NCBI GenBank assembly: GCA_022791685.1
Contig: JAAVZO010000034.1
Coordinates: 415-64,414 of the forward strand
Source of the DNA: Clostridiales bacterium
GTDB lineage: Bacteria > Bacillota > Clostridia > Oscillospirales > CAG-272
DNA: 64,000 bases
Direction of reading: 5' to 3'
Part shown: in pieces, positions 19,002-28,996 of the stretch
Layout: each line of letters begins with the position of its first letter
How positions within the stretch are numbered: the first letter of the stretch is position 1
The notes under the pieces: model-generated
Seen by the model: only the letters and a program-made list of their open reading frames with translations
Told to the model about the DNA's origin: nothing
Databases searched by the model: none
Position numbers and translations under genes: made by a program

Positions 19002-20216
19002 CTATTTCTGTTCCAGCTTTCGCTCGTCGCTGCGATACGACGCTTGCAGACAAATCGGCGTGATGAAGCTGGTCAGTATGATCATTATAACGATGAACGG
19101 CATTATTGACGAGTCGATTATGCCGTGCTCAATTCCCTTTTGCGCGGTGACAAGCGCCACCTCAGCGCGCGCCATCATGCCAAGTCCGACCTTCAGCGAG
19201 TCGCTGAATCCGTATCCACACGTAAGCGCGGCAGCACCGCATCCGCAGAGCTTACCTACAATTCCGGCTGCGATGAACAGGAATCCGAAGAGCAGCATTT
19301 CGCCGCCGATACCCGAAAACTGTGTCGATATTCCTATATTTCCAAAGAATACCGGGACAAAAAACATATACGACAACACGTCCGACTTGCGGTCGATGTA
19401 CTTGCGGTCTGGATTCGTCGACAGAATAAGACCGACGACGTATGCGCCCGTGATATCGGCGATTCCGAAGAAGCGCTCTGAGCAGTAAGCTACCGCAAAA
19501 CAAAACGCCAGACTAAATATAGGAACGAGTCTGTGGTGCGGGAATCGCTTATCGAGACCGTCGAAAAAGCGTTTTGCAATTACAGATAATACCATAATTA
19601 CCACGAAATACAGTACCGTTTTCAGCAGAACGATCCACGGATTCGAGCCGCCATCTCCTCCGCTGAGCGAAAGTACGAACGAAAGCACAACGATTCCAAG
19701 AATATCGTCGATTATCGCCGACGCAACAATGCTCGTTCCAACCTTTGTGTTGAGCTTTCCGGACTCGCGCAGTGTCGCGACCGTTACACTTACAGATGTA
19801 GCGGTCAAAATCGTACCGTAAAACACCGATTTTAGCGCGGTTTCAGTCGTAAGCGCTGCGAATCCGCCGTGACACAGGACCGAAACCACAAAACCGAGTG
19901 CCATCGGGAATATCACACCCGCAGCAGTTATCAGCACCGCCGGTCCTCCGACCTTCTTTATCTGACCGAGATCGGTTTCGATTCCGGCAGAAAACATTAT
20001 CAGTATTACACCGATTTTTGAAATAAACCCAAGTCCTGTTAGTGCAGTATCACTAAGAATAGTCTGCGATGGGATATATTGCAGAAAACCGACGACAACT
20101 CCGGCGAGCAGCATTCCGACTACCGACGGGATACCAACTTTTGAACAGAGCTTCATTAAGACTTTCGACACGATCAACAGCAATGCGAGCGGAAGCAATA
20201 TTTCATAGTATGCCAT
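19002..20216 (-). CDS. Cation:proton antiporter (Na_H_Exchanger / CPA family)
   Basis: About 400-aa protein with 11-13 predicted TM helices and glycine-rich helices typical of the NapA/KefB-like core. Confidence 0.7.
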   Translation of the reverse strand: MAYYEILLPLALLLIVSKVLMKLCSKVGIPSVVGMLLAGVVVGFLQYIPSQTILSDTALTGLGFISKIGVILIMFSAGIETDLGQIKKVGGPAVLITAAGVIFPMALGFVVSVLCHGGFAALTTETALKSVFYGTILTATSVSVTVATLRESGKLNTKVGTSIVASAIIDDILGIVVLSFVLSLSGGDGGSNPWIVLLKTVLYFVVIMVLSVIAKRFFDGLDKRFPHHRLVPIFSLAFCFAVAYCSERFFGIADITGAYVVGLILSTNPDRKYIDRKSDVLSYMFFVPVFFGNIGISTQFSGIGGEMLLFGFLFIAAGIVGKLCGCGAAALTCGYGFSDSLKVGLGMMARAEVALVTAQKGIEHGIIDSSIMPFIVIMIILTSFITPICLQASYRSDERKLEQK

Positions 20217-20324
20217 AAAATTAAGACCTCTTAACAATTGAATTCCAATTGTTTATTATACCACATCCGCGCGCATTTTTCAATAGCTGTTGACAAAATT
20301 CAGCATTTACAACAATATTTCATG

Positions 20325-21431
20325 TCAGAATATGCGTTCAATAAGCCCCTTCGCATAGCTGTCCACTGCCTCAAAATCCATGGCAGCAATGTAAATTTTT
20401 TCCACATCCGCGTGGATCCGTTTTACCTCATCAAGCTTAGCCAGTGCGCCGTCGAGCAGCTCACGCGAGCACTTCGACAACATTCTGCGGCGTTGGCGGT
20501 CGCTTGCTTCAAGCGAATCGCGGTCGATAAAACGCGCCATATTAATGATTTTTTCAAACTCACAGGAAGATTCATCAAGCGACGGCGTGTTGACTATCGA
20601 CAAACCGAGCTCAGGCAGATATAGCGCTTCGCTGAGTTTCGGGTCGAGCGGCATTGGCGCACGCTGCGTGTCGAGTCCCATCTGCTTCGCCGTGTCGATG
20701 AGCGCATCGAACAGGAACGGCGCACTGCCCATCAGATCGGCGACAGCGTAAATTTTACCCGGAAGTTCGCGGTATGTGTCGTAGCTGACAAGTCCACTTG
20801 TCGAAATGGCGCTGACTGGACGTGTTGTCGCAATCGGCTCGCGGCGCTTTGAATTCGGCGAAAAATGCACACTTCGCGCAAACTGCGTCAACAAGCGCTC
20901 GACTGCACTTTCGAGCTTTTCGCGCAGAACAAACCGTGCAGCATCCTGACGTAGCAGCCTATCAAGCTCGCCGGCAGCGAAAAGATACTCATATGCCTGC
21001 GAAAACAGCGCCGATTTCGCACTGCAAAGCTTTGCGATCTCGCCGCGGTGCTCACGCAGCGCGTCAGTATGCCAAAATTCGCCAAGATTTACAATTTCCT
21101 CTGCCGCTCCGGGCAGTTTGGGGTCGCGAGTATGCGGAGCGGTTCCGTCAATCACCGCGATACTATCGTATTTCATTCCTTTGCCGCCGCGCAGTATGAT
21201 TCCGTCGAGCGAATACGGGTCGGACGAGCAGTAGAAGTACTCGCAGGTGCAGCCAAGCTCAACTCCGCGTGCGGCGATACGCTTCATCAATGTGCTTTTT
21301 CCGGTGCCGCTGCCGCCCTTGATTATGTAAATGCGGTCGATGTTGTCGGGCGAAAAAATCTCATCAAACCAGCTAACGAAGCCGCCCGCGCTGTTCGCCG
21401 CTGCAAAATATTTCTCTTGCATAGTTTCCAT
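20325..21431 (-). CDS. Conserved uncharacterised P-loop NTPase
   Basis: Walker A IIKGGSGTGKSTLMKRI. CSSDPYSLDGI and IDGTAPHTRDPKLPGA blocks recall a Firmicutes-wide hypothetical ATPase family. Confidence 0.6.
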   Translation of the reverse strand: METMQEKYFAAANSAGGFVSWFDEIFSPDNIDRIYIIKGGSGTGKSTLMKRIAARGVELGCTCEYFYCSSDPYSLDGIILRGGKGMKYDSIAVIDGTAPHTRDPKLPGAAEEIVNLGEFWHTDALREHRGEIAKLCSAKSALFSQAYEYLFAAGELDRLLRQDAARFVLREKLESAVERLLTQFARSVHFSPNSKRREPIATTRPVSAISTSGLVSYDTYRELPGKIYAVADLMGSAPFLFDALIDTAKQMGLDTQRAPMPLDPKLSEALYLPELGLSIVNTPSLDESSCEFEKIINMARFIDRDSLEASDRQRRRMLSKCSRELLDGALAKLDEVKRIHADVEKIYIAAMDFEAVDSYAKGLIERIF

Positions 21432-21556
21432 ATTTCCCTTATATTAAAAATGTATCAGAGTACATCTCAGTGGTGGACTTCTCCGCCGTTTCGATTACTC
21501 TGATACCAGTTTATGCCAAATATTGAAAATATGATTTTGGAAATCTGAGAAAATAT

Positions 21557-22318
21557 TTACTGCTCTGCGGCAAAATCTCCGTACTCTACCCTTCTGAGAT
21601 ACAGTCCCTCGGGCGGCGCGGTAAATCCAGCGCGCGAGCGGTCACATAACGCGATAATCGCCGCCATATCGTCCGCAGCAATTCGTCCATGTGCAGTGTC
21701 AAGCAGCGTTCCGACGATTATTCGCACCATATTATACAGAAAACCATTTGCAGCAACGCGTATTTTTATCAAATTATCATCAACGATTACATCAAGCCAA
21801 TCGACTCGACGCACGGTGTCGGCAACCGACGAGCCAGCCGACATGAACCCGCTAAAGTCATGCTCGCCGACAAAAGCCTTCGCCGCACATTGCATTAACG
21901 AAATTTCGTGCTCACCGAGAATGTGCGGGATACGGTAGACCCGCCCTTCAAGAAATGGGTCGCGAATCCGGCTATTAAGCAGGCGATATTCGTACTCCTT
22001 TCGCAGCACGTCGTGGCGAACATGGAAGCTATCCGGCACGATCCGCGCAGAGCGAACGGCGATATCCGCGGGCAGCGCACTGTTGAGTGCGAGCGGAATC
22101 CGTTCAGTCGGAATCGCACGCGCGGTGTCGTAAGTCGCAAAATATTGCAGTGCATGGACACCAGAATCAGTGCGGCTGCACCCTTTGACAGGAAGCCGCT
22201 CGCCGTAAACACGTTCGAGCGCATCCTGAATCGCGGACTGCACGGTCGCCTTGTTAGGCTGCACTTGAAATCCGGCGTAGTTCGTGCCAATATATGACAG
22301 CTCAAGCAGTATTTTCAT
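21557..22318 (-). CDS. truA: tRNA pseudouridine(38-40) synthase
   Basis: MKILLELSYIGTNYAGFQVQ and the catalytic RTDSGVHA motif. The start overlaps the ecfT stop in an ATGA arrangement. Confidence 0.92.
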   Translation of the reverse strand: MKILLELSYIGTNYAGFQVQPNKATVQSAIQDALERVYGERLPVKGCSRTDSGVHALQYFATYDTARAIPTERIPLALNSALPADIAVRSARIVPDSFHVRHDVLRKEYEYRLLNSRIRDPFLEGRVYRIPHILGEHEISLMQCAAKAFVGEHDFSGFMSAGSSVADTVRRVDWLDVIVDDNLIKIRVAANGFLYNMVRIIVGTLLDTAHGRIAADDMAAIIALCDRSRAGFTAPPEGLYLRRVEYGDFAAEQ

Positions 22319-23136
22319 AATGATATCGCACAAGGCAACTGATTAAGTGCGATAAGTCCAGCGCCAAACAACAGCATAACCAATAATGCAGCAGCATCTT
22401 TAAAACTGCAGTGCAATATGCTCATGCGTGTACGGCCTTCCCCTCCGTGGTAGCAGCGGCATTCCATCGCAGTCGCGAGCTCATCTGCGCGCCGGAACGC
22501 CGATATGAACAGCGGGATCAGTATCGGAACGAGCGCTTTTGCACGTTTTGCGAGGCTTCCGGTCGTGAAATCCGCACCGCGTGCCTTCTGAGCCGACATG
22601 ATCTTATCGGTTTCTTCGATAAGCGTAGGAATAAATCGAAGTGCGATCGTCATCATCATCGAAAATTCGTGTACCGGAAGCTTGATTTTGCGAAGCGGCG
22701 CGAGCAGCTGCTCGAGTCCGTCGGTAAGCATGATCGGCGATGTGGTATAAGTGAGGATAATTGTAGTGCCGATGAGCAGCGCGGTTATGCGGATGATCAT
22801 CATAATCGCGTATACAATACCTTCTAAATATATGCGTATCTTCCATATACTAACAAGCAGCACGTCGCCTTCAGTCCAGAATATGTTAAAGAAGGTAGTA
22901 AACGCCAGCACGAAAATCAGCGGTTTCATGCTTTTCAGCAGTGTTTTATATGAAATTTTGGAAATAAGCACCAGTGCGAGCGCACTTGCAACGACCAGCA
23001 TGAACGACCAAAGATTCTTCGCAAAGAAAATCACGACGATGTACATAATAGTAAGAATTATTTTAGCGCGAGGGTCGAGGCGATGTATCACCGTATTGCC
23101 CGGAAAATACTGACCTAAAGTGATATCTTTAATCAT
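22315..23136 (-). CDS. ecfT: ECF transporter transmembrane (T) component
   Basis: CbiQ-like polytopic protein with the ARG...RA coupling-helix motifs (AQKARGADF, FRRADELATAMECRCY), lying downstream of two EcfA genes. Confidence 0.88.
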   Translation of the reverse strand: MIKDITLGQYFPGNTVIHRLDPRAKIILTIMYIVVIFFAKNLWSFMLVVASALALVLISKISYKTLLKSMKPLIFVLAFTTFFNIFWTEGDVLLVSIWKIRIYLEGIVYAIMMIIRITALLIGTTIILTYTTSPIMLTDGLEQLLAPLRKIKLPVHEFSMMMTIALRFIPTLIEETDKIMSAQKARGADFTTGSLAKRAKALVPILIPLFISAFRRADELATAMECRCYHGGEGRTRMSILHCSFKDAAALLVMLLFGAGLIALNQLPCAISL

Positions 23137-23999
23137 TTTGCACCTCTTTTTGCACTGATAAGGCGCAGAAGTTCAGCCTTCGCGTCGTCGACGGTGTATA
23201 TTCCGCGGCGAACGTCGAGTCCGCGGTCACGCAGCGTATTCATGAGCTCGGTGATCTGCGGCACGCTGAGTCCGACCGCGCAGAGCTCGTCCGCACGCTC
23301 GAAAATTTCGGCGGTAGTTCCCTGCATATAGACCTTCGCATGGCTCATGACAATAATTTCGTCCGAATATCGCGCCATATCCTCCATCGAATGGCTGACG
23401 ATAACAACTGAGCTTCCGCGGCGGCGCTGATAATCGCGGATTCCTCCGAGTATCTCCTCGCGGCCGCGCGGGTCGAGTCCGGCTGCCGGCTCATCGAGCA
23501 CGAGCACCTCAGGCTCCATCGCCATAACTCCAGCGATAGCTACGCGTCTTTTCTGACCGCCAGACAGATCGAACGGCGATTTTTCGAGCAGCGACGGTGC
23601 GATTCCACAGAATTCAGCGGATTCCTCAACTCTGCGCTTGATCTCGCTCTCATCGAGCTCCATATTTGTCGGACCGAACGCGATATCCTTGCGCACGGTC
23701 TCCTCGAACAGCTGATATTCGGGATACTGGAACACGAGCCCGACCTTGAATGCGAATTTTCGCACCTGCTTCGGGTCAGCCCAAATGTCCTCTCCACCTA
23801 CAAACACTTGACCGCTCGTCGGCTTATTGAGCCCATTCAAAAGCTGTACAAGCGTAGATTTACCCGATCCGGTGTGTCCCATCAGCCCAGTGATGACACC
23901 GCCGTGAATAGTCAGCGACACGTCATCGAGCGCCGTCTTCATAAACGGCGTATCCAGGCTGTACACATATGATACATTTTTTAACTCAATTTCAGTCAT
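23133..23999 (-). CDS. ecfA2: ECF transporter ATPase A2
   Basis: Walker A GHTGSGKST, LSGGQKRRVAIAG, VLVLDEPAAGLD. It overlaps ecfT by 4 nt. Confidence 0.9.
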   Translation of the reverse strand: MTEIELKNVSYVYSLDTPFMKTALDDVSLTIHGGVITGLMGHTGSGKSTLVQLLNGLNKPTSGQVFVGGEDIWADPKQVRKFAFKVGLVFQYPEYQLFEETVRKDIAFGPTNMELDESEIKRRVEESAEFCGIAPSLLEKSPFDLSGGQKRRVAIAGVMAMEPEVLVLDEPAAGLDPRGREEILGGIRDYQRRRGSSVVIVSHSMEDMARYSDEIIVMSHAKVYMQGTTAEIFERADELCAVGLSVPQITELMNTLRDRGLDVRRGIYTVDDAKAELLRLISAKRGAK

Positions 24000-24011
24000 T
24001 GTTATTCCTTA

Positions 24012-24890
24012 TCACAAACTCTCCATCAAGCTCATAATTTCATTGGCGCATTCGTCTACTGACAATCGTCCCAGCGGCAGTGGTTTACCGTTATTTTTTA
24101 TTCCTGCGCAGTTCAATTCGTACAGCAATTCAGCGGTCTGAGGCACGTCGAGTCCGATTTTTTGCAGTTGCTCAACGTGCGTGAACACGTCCTTCGGCTT
24201 TCCGTCGAGCTCGATTTCACCCTCGTTTATCACGACCACACGGTCGCACTGCGCCGCTTCATTCATGTAATGCGTTATATGCAATATCGTTATGCCGAAC
24301 TCTCGGTTAAGGCGGATTATCGTATCCATTACCTCGCGCCGTCCTTTTGGGTCGAGCATGGCGGTCGATTCGTCGAAAATTATACATTTCGGCATCATAG
24401 CGATTATTCCCGCAATTGCGATTCGCTGCTTCTGTCCACCTGACAGCTGGTGCGGCGAATGGCGGGCAAACTCCGTCATTCCGACTGTCGCAAGCGCGTC
24501 GTCGACACGTTTTCGTATCTCCTTCGGCTCGATTCCGAGGTTTTCCGGTCCGAACGCGATGTCTTCTTCGACTATTGTCGCGACAAGTTGGTTGTCTGGG
24601 TTCTGGAAAACCATACCAATATTCCTGCGATTTTCAAACAGCTGCTCTTCCGTCAGGTCAGGTGACGTGATATCGAGCCCATCGATCGTGATTTTTCCGC
24701 TTTGCGGAATAAGAATGAGATTGAGCAGCTTCGCGAGCGTCGATTTTCCCGAGCCGTTATGCCCAAGAATCGCGACGAGTGAGCCGCGTTCGATCTCGAG
24801 ATTGAGATTTTTCAGTACTTCATTTCGCCCATTTTCCTCATCCGTGTAGGCAAAAGTGAGGTTTTCAATTTTGATAAATGGATCTTTCAA
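24012..24890 (-). CDS. ecfA1: ECF transporter ATPase A1
   Basis: Walker A GHNGSGKST, LSGGQKQRIAIAG, IIFDESTAMLD. Confidence 0.9.
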   Translation of the reverse strand: MKDPFIKIENLTFAYTDEENGRNEVLKNLNLEIERGSLVAILGHNGSGKSTLAKLLNLILIPQSGKITIDGLDITSPDLTEEQLFENRRNIGMVFQNPDNQLVATIVEEDIAFGPENLGIEPKEIRKRVDDALATVGMTEFARHSPHQLSGGQKQRIAIAGIIAMMPKCIIFDESTAMLDPKGRREVMDTIIRLNREFGITILHITHYMNEAAQCDRVVVINEGEIELDGKPKDVFTHVEQLQKIGLDVPQTAELLYELNCAGIKNNGKPLPLGRLSVDECANEIMSLMESL

Positions 24891-24938
24891 CTTTTTGTTA
24901 CCACTTTCTCAACTTGCGATTGACATTTTCCTTCATTA

Positions 24939-26084
24939 TTATATTTCCGAAATTTCGTGGTAATTTCCCATAAAACGGAAATCACCGAGTTCATCCGACA
25001 GCGCGCATATCAAGTCGAACGCCGACTCGTCGCGCATAGAGCCGATAAAATCGAGGAAAAATCGATATTCGAACGGGCGCGACGGAATCGGGCTGCTTTC
25101 TATTTTGGTGAGGTTAAGTCCGAGTGCGGCGAAGCAGCCGAGTATGCGCGAAAGCGTACCTTCACGGTGCGCGAGTGAGAAACGAATACTGATCTTATCG
25201 GCATCCGAAGGGATTTCAAGCTGGCGCGAAACGGCAACAAAACGGGTCGCGTTGTGCGGCTCATCCTGCACGCCGCGCTCGAGAATTTCGAGTCCGTACT
25301 TCTCCGCGCAGTCGATACGTGCGATGGCGGCAAGGTCATTCCGGTCTGATTTCGACACGGTTTCAGCGGCAACCGCAGTATTTGTAGCGCTGACAGGCTT
25401 GCAGCCATGCTTCGAAATATAGCCCGCACACTGACCGAGCGCCTGCGGATGTGACATTATTTCGCGCACGTCGTCAAGCTTAGTGCCCTGCTTTGCAAGC
25501 AGACAGTGCTCGATTTTTAGGCAATTCGCCGCAACGATGTAAGCGTCGTGTTCGTTTATGAGACGGTAAACGTCTGTAACCGAACCGTAGGTGGAGTTCT
25601 CGACGGGAAGCACGCCGTATACGATCTCGCCAGATTCGAGCGCGGCGAACACCTGCGACCAATTGGCGTAGAAGCGGATATCAGCGTTAGGGAACATCGC
25701 GCGCGCCGACATCTCCGAGTACGCGCCTTCAACTCCCTGCACCCCGACGACAAACACGCCGTCGGAAGCGTGCGAAGTTTCGAGTGCACGCTTAAAACCA
25801 TCGCGCGCTGGTGATTTTTGACTCGTAATGCGGTACTCGTGCAGCTTCGCCATATTCATAATACTGTCGAATGTTCCGGTCATCTCAGCAGTCATATCGG
25901 ATGGAGCGAGCGACGCGATTTTATCGAGTATCGCCTTTTCGCGCTCCTCGTCGAAAACCTTCATATTATTGGCAATTTTGTACTCAGCAACGCTGTCGGT
26001 AACGCGGATACGTCGTTCGAGCAGCTTCAGAAGCTCAGAATTTATTTCGTCGATTTCCTTGCGGCATTCGGTCAGTGATTTCAT
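24939..26084 (-). CDS. pheA: Bifunctional chorismate mutase / prephenate dehydratase
   Basis: N-terminal CM_2 helix (LRKEIDEINSELLKLLERR), a PDT domain (VGVQGVEGAYSE ... TRF) and a C-terminal ACT domain. Confidence 0.85.
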   Translation of the reverse strand: MKSLTECRKEIDEINSELLKLLERRIRVTDSVAEYKIANNMKVFDEEREKAILDKIASLAPSDMTAEMTGTFDSIMNMAKLHEYRITSQKSPARDGFKRALETSHASDGVFVVGVQGVEGAYSEMSARAMFPNADIRFYANWSQVFAALESGEIVYGVLPVENSTYGSVTDVYRLINEHDAYIVAANCLKIEHCLLAKQGTKLDDVREIMSHPQALGQCAGYISKHGCKPVSATNTAVAAETVSKSDRNDLAAIARIDCAEKYGLEILERGVQDEPHNATRFVAVSRQLEIPSDADKISIRFSLAHREGTLSRILGCFAALGLNLTKIESSPIPSRPFEYRFFLDFIGSMRDESAFDLICALSDELGDFRFMGNYHEISEI

Positions 26085-26146
26085 TTTGTTCCCTTTCGTA
26101 TGTTATATACAAATATATGCGATATGTTACAATATTTCAGCGCATA

Positions 26147-27016
26147 TCATTCAATCCACCAGCGCGAGCTTGAGCCGCACGGCAAAGCCGCACCCGTTTC
26201 ATTGACAGGCAAGCCGATCTCGTCCGACTCGACCTGTCCACCGAGCTTCGACTTAAGGTGCAGCGTCAAGAGATAGCCCATCGTCGACGGCGAGAGTCCA
26301 GTTGTGTACGAATTCACCAAGAAAAATAGCGGTTTATCCGACAATACTTGTACAGTCAGTGCAATAAGCGAGTCGATATTTTCCTCTAATTTCCAAACCT
26401 CGCCGGACGGTCCGCGGCCATACGACGGCGGGTCCATGATCACTGCGTCATAGCGATTTCCGCGGCGAAGCTCACGCTCGACGAATTTTTTGCAGTCATC
26501 GACGATGTAGCGGATAGGCGCGTCGGAGAGCCCCGACAGTGCAGCGTTTTCCTTAGCCTGAGCGACCATTCCCTTAGCCGCGTCGACGTGGCAGACCGAC
26601 GCGCCGGCTTTAGCCGCCGCGACGGTCGCTCCGCCCGTGTATCCGAACAAATTCAGCACTTTTATCGGTCGGTTCGCATTTTTTATGAGCTCAGAAAACC
26701 ACTCCCAGTTGACCGCCTGCTCAGGGAAAAGTCCGGTGTGCTTGAATCCCATCGGCTTTATCAAAAATGTGAGTCCTAATTTTTCGTAGCTGATTTTCCA
26801 GTCGGCAGGCAGCTTGTTAGCGTTCCAAGCGCCGCCGCCGCTTGACGAACGACGATACGCCGCGTCTGGGCGCGACCAAAGCTTATTTTTCTTCACACCG
26901 TGCCAGATTATCTGCGGGTCAGGGCGCACCAAAATGTACTTCCCCCACTTCTCGAGCCGCTCGCCGTCCGATGTGTCTATCAGTTCATAATCCTGCCAGT
27001 TGTTGGCTGTCCACAT
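26147..27016 (-). CDS. Class I SAM-dependent methyltransferase (RlmI/YccW-like rRNA methyltransferase fold)
   Basis: Motif I VLNLFGYTGGATVAAA and motif IV IMDPPSYG. Confidence 0.7.
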   Translation of the reverse strand: MWTANNWQDYELIDTSDGERLEKWGKYILVRPDPQIIWHGVKKNKLWSRPDAAYRRSSSGGGAWNANKLPADWKISYEKLGLTFLIKPMGFKHTGLFPEQAVNWEWFSELIKNANRPIKVLNLFGYTGGATVAAAKAGASVCHVDAAKGMVAQAKENAALSGLSDAPIRYIVDDCKKFVERELRRGNRYDAVIMDPPSYGRGPSGEVWKLEENIDSLIALTVQVLSDKPLFFLVNSYTTGLSPSTMGYLLTLHLKSKLGGQVESDEIGLPVNETGAALPCGSSSRWWIE

Positions 27017-27059
27017 AATTATTGCATGTTACCTTTCAAAAGTTAGTATATACGCCGAT

Positions 27060-28151
27060 TTATTTATCCGCTTCAGTCGAGCCCGACTCGGTCATCTGCG
27101 CGAAAATATCGACCTGTTTTTCATCCGGTTTTGTTCCGCCGGGCTGGTTGAACGGCAGATTCAAATGCTCGTATGCGAGCCGTGTCGCACAGCGTCCACG
27201 CGGCGTTCTCGACAAATATCCGATCTGCATGAGGTAAGGCTCGTACACGTCCTCGAGCGTTATCGACTCCTCTCCGACTGTAGCCGCGAGCGTTTCAAGT
27301 CCGACCGGACCGCCGCCGTAATAATTGATGATAGTTTCGAGCATTTTTCGGTCGATGTTATCGAGTCCGAGTTCGTCGATTTCGAGCATATTCAGTGCCG
27401 CACTCGCAGTTTTTTGGTCGATCTTACCGTCCCCGCGCACTTGCGCAAAGTCACGAACACGCTTGAGCAGGCGGTTTGCGATACGCGGTGTACCGCGTGA
27501 ACGTGAAGCGAGCTCGAGTGCGCCGTCGTTGTCGATATCGATACCGAGTATCGAAGCCGACCGCGTTACTATCGTCGCGAGTTCCTCGACCGTGTACAGC
27601 TCAAGTCTGAGCAGCACGCCGAACCGATCTCGCAGTGGCGTTGAAAGCTGTCCAGCACGCGTCGTCGCACCGATGAGCGTAAACCGCGGCAGCGGCAAAT
27701 GCACACTCTGCGCCGACGGTCCCTTACCTATAATAATATCGACGACATAATCCTCCATCGCTGGATACAGAATTTCCTCGACCTGCCGCGGCAATCTGTG
27801 TATCTCGTCAATAAACAGGACATCTTTATCGCTCAAATTGGTAAGGATCGCTACCAAATCGCCTTGCTTCTCGATTGCCGGGCCGCTTGTAACTCGAATA
27901 TTGACACCAAGCTCCCGTGCAATAATATTGGAAAGCGTCGTCTTACCGAGACCTGGCGGGCCATACAGCAGCACATGGTCGAGCGTTTCCTCGCGCATTT
28001 TGGCAGCGTCGATATAAATTTTCAGATTTTCCTTAGCTTTTTCCTGTCCAATATAGTCATCAAGCCTAACTGGTCTCAGGCTATTATCGACATCAGCATC
28101 CTCAGGCGAATACTCACTGCCGACAAGCCTGTTCTCATCATACTCCATCAT
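27060..28151 (-). CDS. ruvB: Holliday junction branch-migration helicase RuvB
   Basis: [12 protein letters not shown], Walker [10 protein letters not shown], Walker [15 protein letters not shown]. Confidence 0.95.
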   Translation of the reverse strand: MMEYDENRLVGSEYSPEDADVDNSLRPVRLDDYIGQEKAKENLKIYIDAAKMREETLDHVLLYGPPGLGKTTLSNIIARELGVNIRVTSGPAIEKQGDLVAILTNLSDKDVLFIDEIHRLPRQVEEILYPAMEDYVVDIIIGKGPSAQSVHLPLPRFTLIGATTRAGQLSTPLRDRFGVLLRLELYTVEELATIVTRSASILGIDIDNDGALELASRSRGTPRIANRLLKRVRDFAQVRGDGKIDQKTASAALNMLEIDELGLDNIDRKMLETIINYYGGGPVGLETLAATVGEESITLEDVYEPYLMQIGYLSRTPRGRCATRLAYEHLNLPFNQPGGTKPDEKQVDIFAQMTESGSTEADK

Positions 28152-28199
28152 GTGCCCTTCCTTTTGTTTGTTTGCGCGAATTGCTTCAAGGGGTTACGC

Positions 28200-28334
28200 G
28201 GCTTTTCTGAACGTCCTCGCTTGCGAGGACGTAAAGCCATGGCAAAAGACTTTTTATAAGCTATCACAAATTATGCGCGTTCGACTCCGTTGGCCCCATC
28301 GCCTTGCAAGCAAGGCGAGACTTCTCCGTCGAAC
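28200..28334 (-). other. Structured intergenic element between ruvA and ruvB (two nested hairpins)
   Basis: Hairpin 1 (28200-28238) has a GGCTTT/AAAGCC outer stem and an ACGTCCTCG-CTTG-CGAGGACGT inner stem. Hairpin 2 (28279-28334) has a GTTCGAC/GTCGAAC outer stem and a TCGCCTTGC..GCAAGGCGA inner stem. Confidence 0.5.
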
Positions 28335-28369
28335 TAATCTCTGCCATTTGTTTCAAAAACGTAATATTA

Positions 28370-28969
28370 TTATTTCATTAACCGGCGCAGTGCAGCGGTT
28401 ATCATGGCTTCCAAAGTCATCGAATTGCTGTCGATTCCCTTCAAGGCTTCGGTCGCTTCCTGTTTCGTGTATCCGAGCACGAGCAATGCGTTTACTGCGT
28501 CCGAAATTCGTCCGCTCGTCTGTATTCCCACCGGCGCGGCTGTCAACGCTGACGCTCCGTATTCTTTTGTCAATTTTTCCTTCAATTCAAGGATTATTCG
28601 CTCAGCGCCCTTTGCACCAAGTCCCTTAGACTTCGCGAGCGTTTTCGCGTCGCCTGAGCATACCGCAGCCGCGAACTGCTCCGGCGTTAATGTCGACAAT
28701 ATCGAGACCGCGACCTTCGGACCAACTCCCGAAACACTGATCAGCTGCTTAAACGCCGAGTGCTCACTCTCCGATGCGAATCCGAACAGCTCCATCGCGT
28801 CCTCACGCACTGCAAGATACGTGTATAATTTTACTTCTTTTCCAAGCTTTGGTGAAATATTCGCCAAAGTATTCGCGCTGACCGTCAATTTATACCCGAC
28901 TCCGCCGCAATCAACGACCGCCGTATGTGCTTCAGCAAGCGCAAGCTCGCCTCTCAGATAATAATACAT
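28370..28969 (-). CDS. ruvA: Holliday junction DNA-binding protein RuvA
   Basis: MYYYLRGEL..., HhH motifs (LISVSGVGPKVA) and a C-terminal domain III. Confidence 0.93.
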   Translation of the reverse strand: MYYYLRGELALAEAHTAVVDCGGVGYKLTVSANTLANISPKLGKEVKLYTYLAVREDAMELFGFASESEHSAFKQLISVSGVGPKVAVSILSTLTPEQFAAAVCSGDAKTLAKSKGLGAKGAERIILELKEKLTKEYGASALTAAPVGIQTSGRISDAVNALLVLGYTKQEATEALKGIDSNSMTLEAMITAALRRLMK

Positions 28970-28996
28970 CAGTTACCCTCTCACAAATAAGTAATA

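Noticed and set aside
28275-28300. tRNA-like GTTCGACTCC string (possible T-arm)
   Set aside because: The flanking bases do not form a 5-bp T-stem. No acceptor, D or anticodon arms can be drawn, so it is not a tRNA or tmRNA fragment.
28150-28629. 159-aa plus-strand ORF spanning the ruvA-ruvB spacer
   Set aside because: It runs antisense into ruvA. The spacer is better explained by the nested hairpins.
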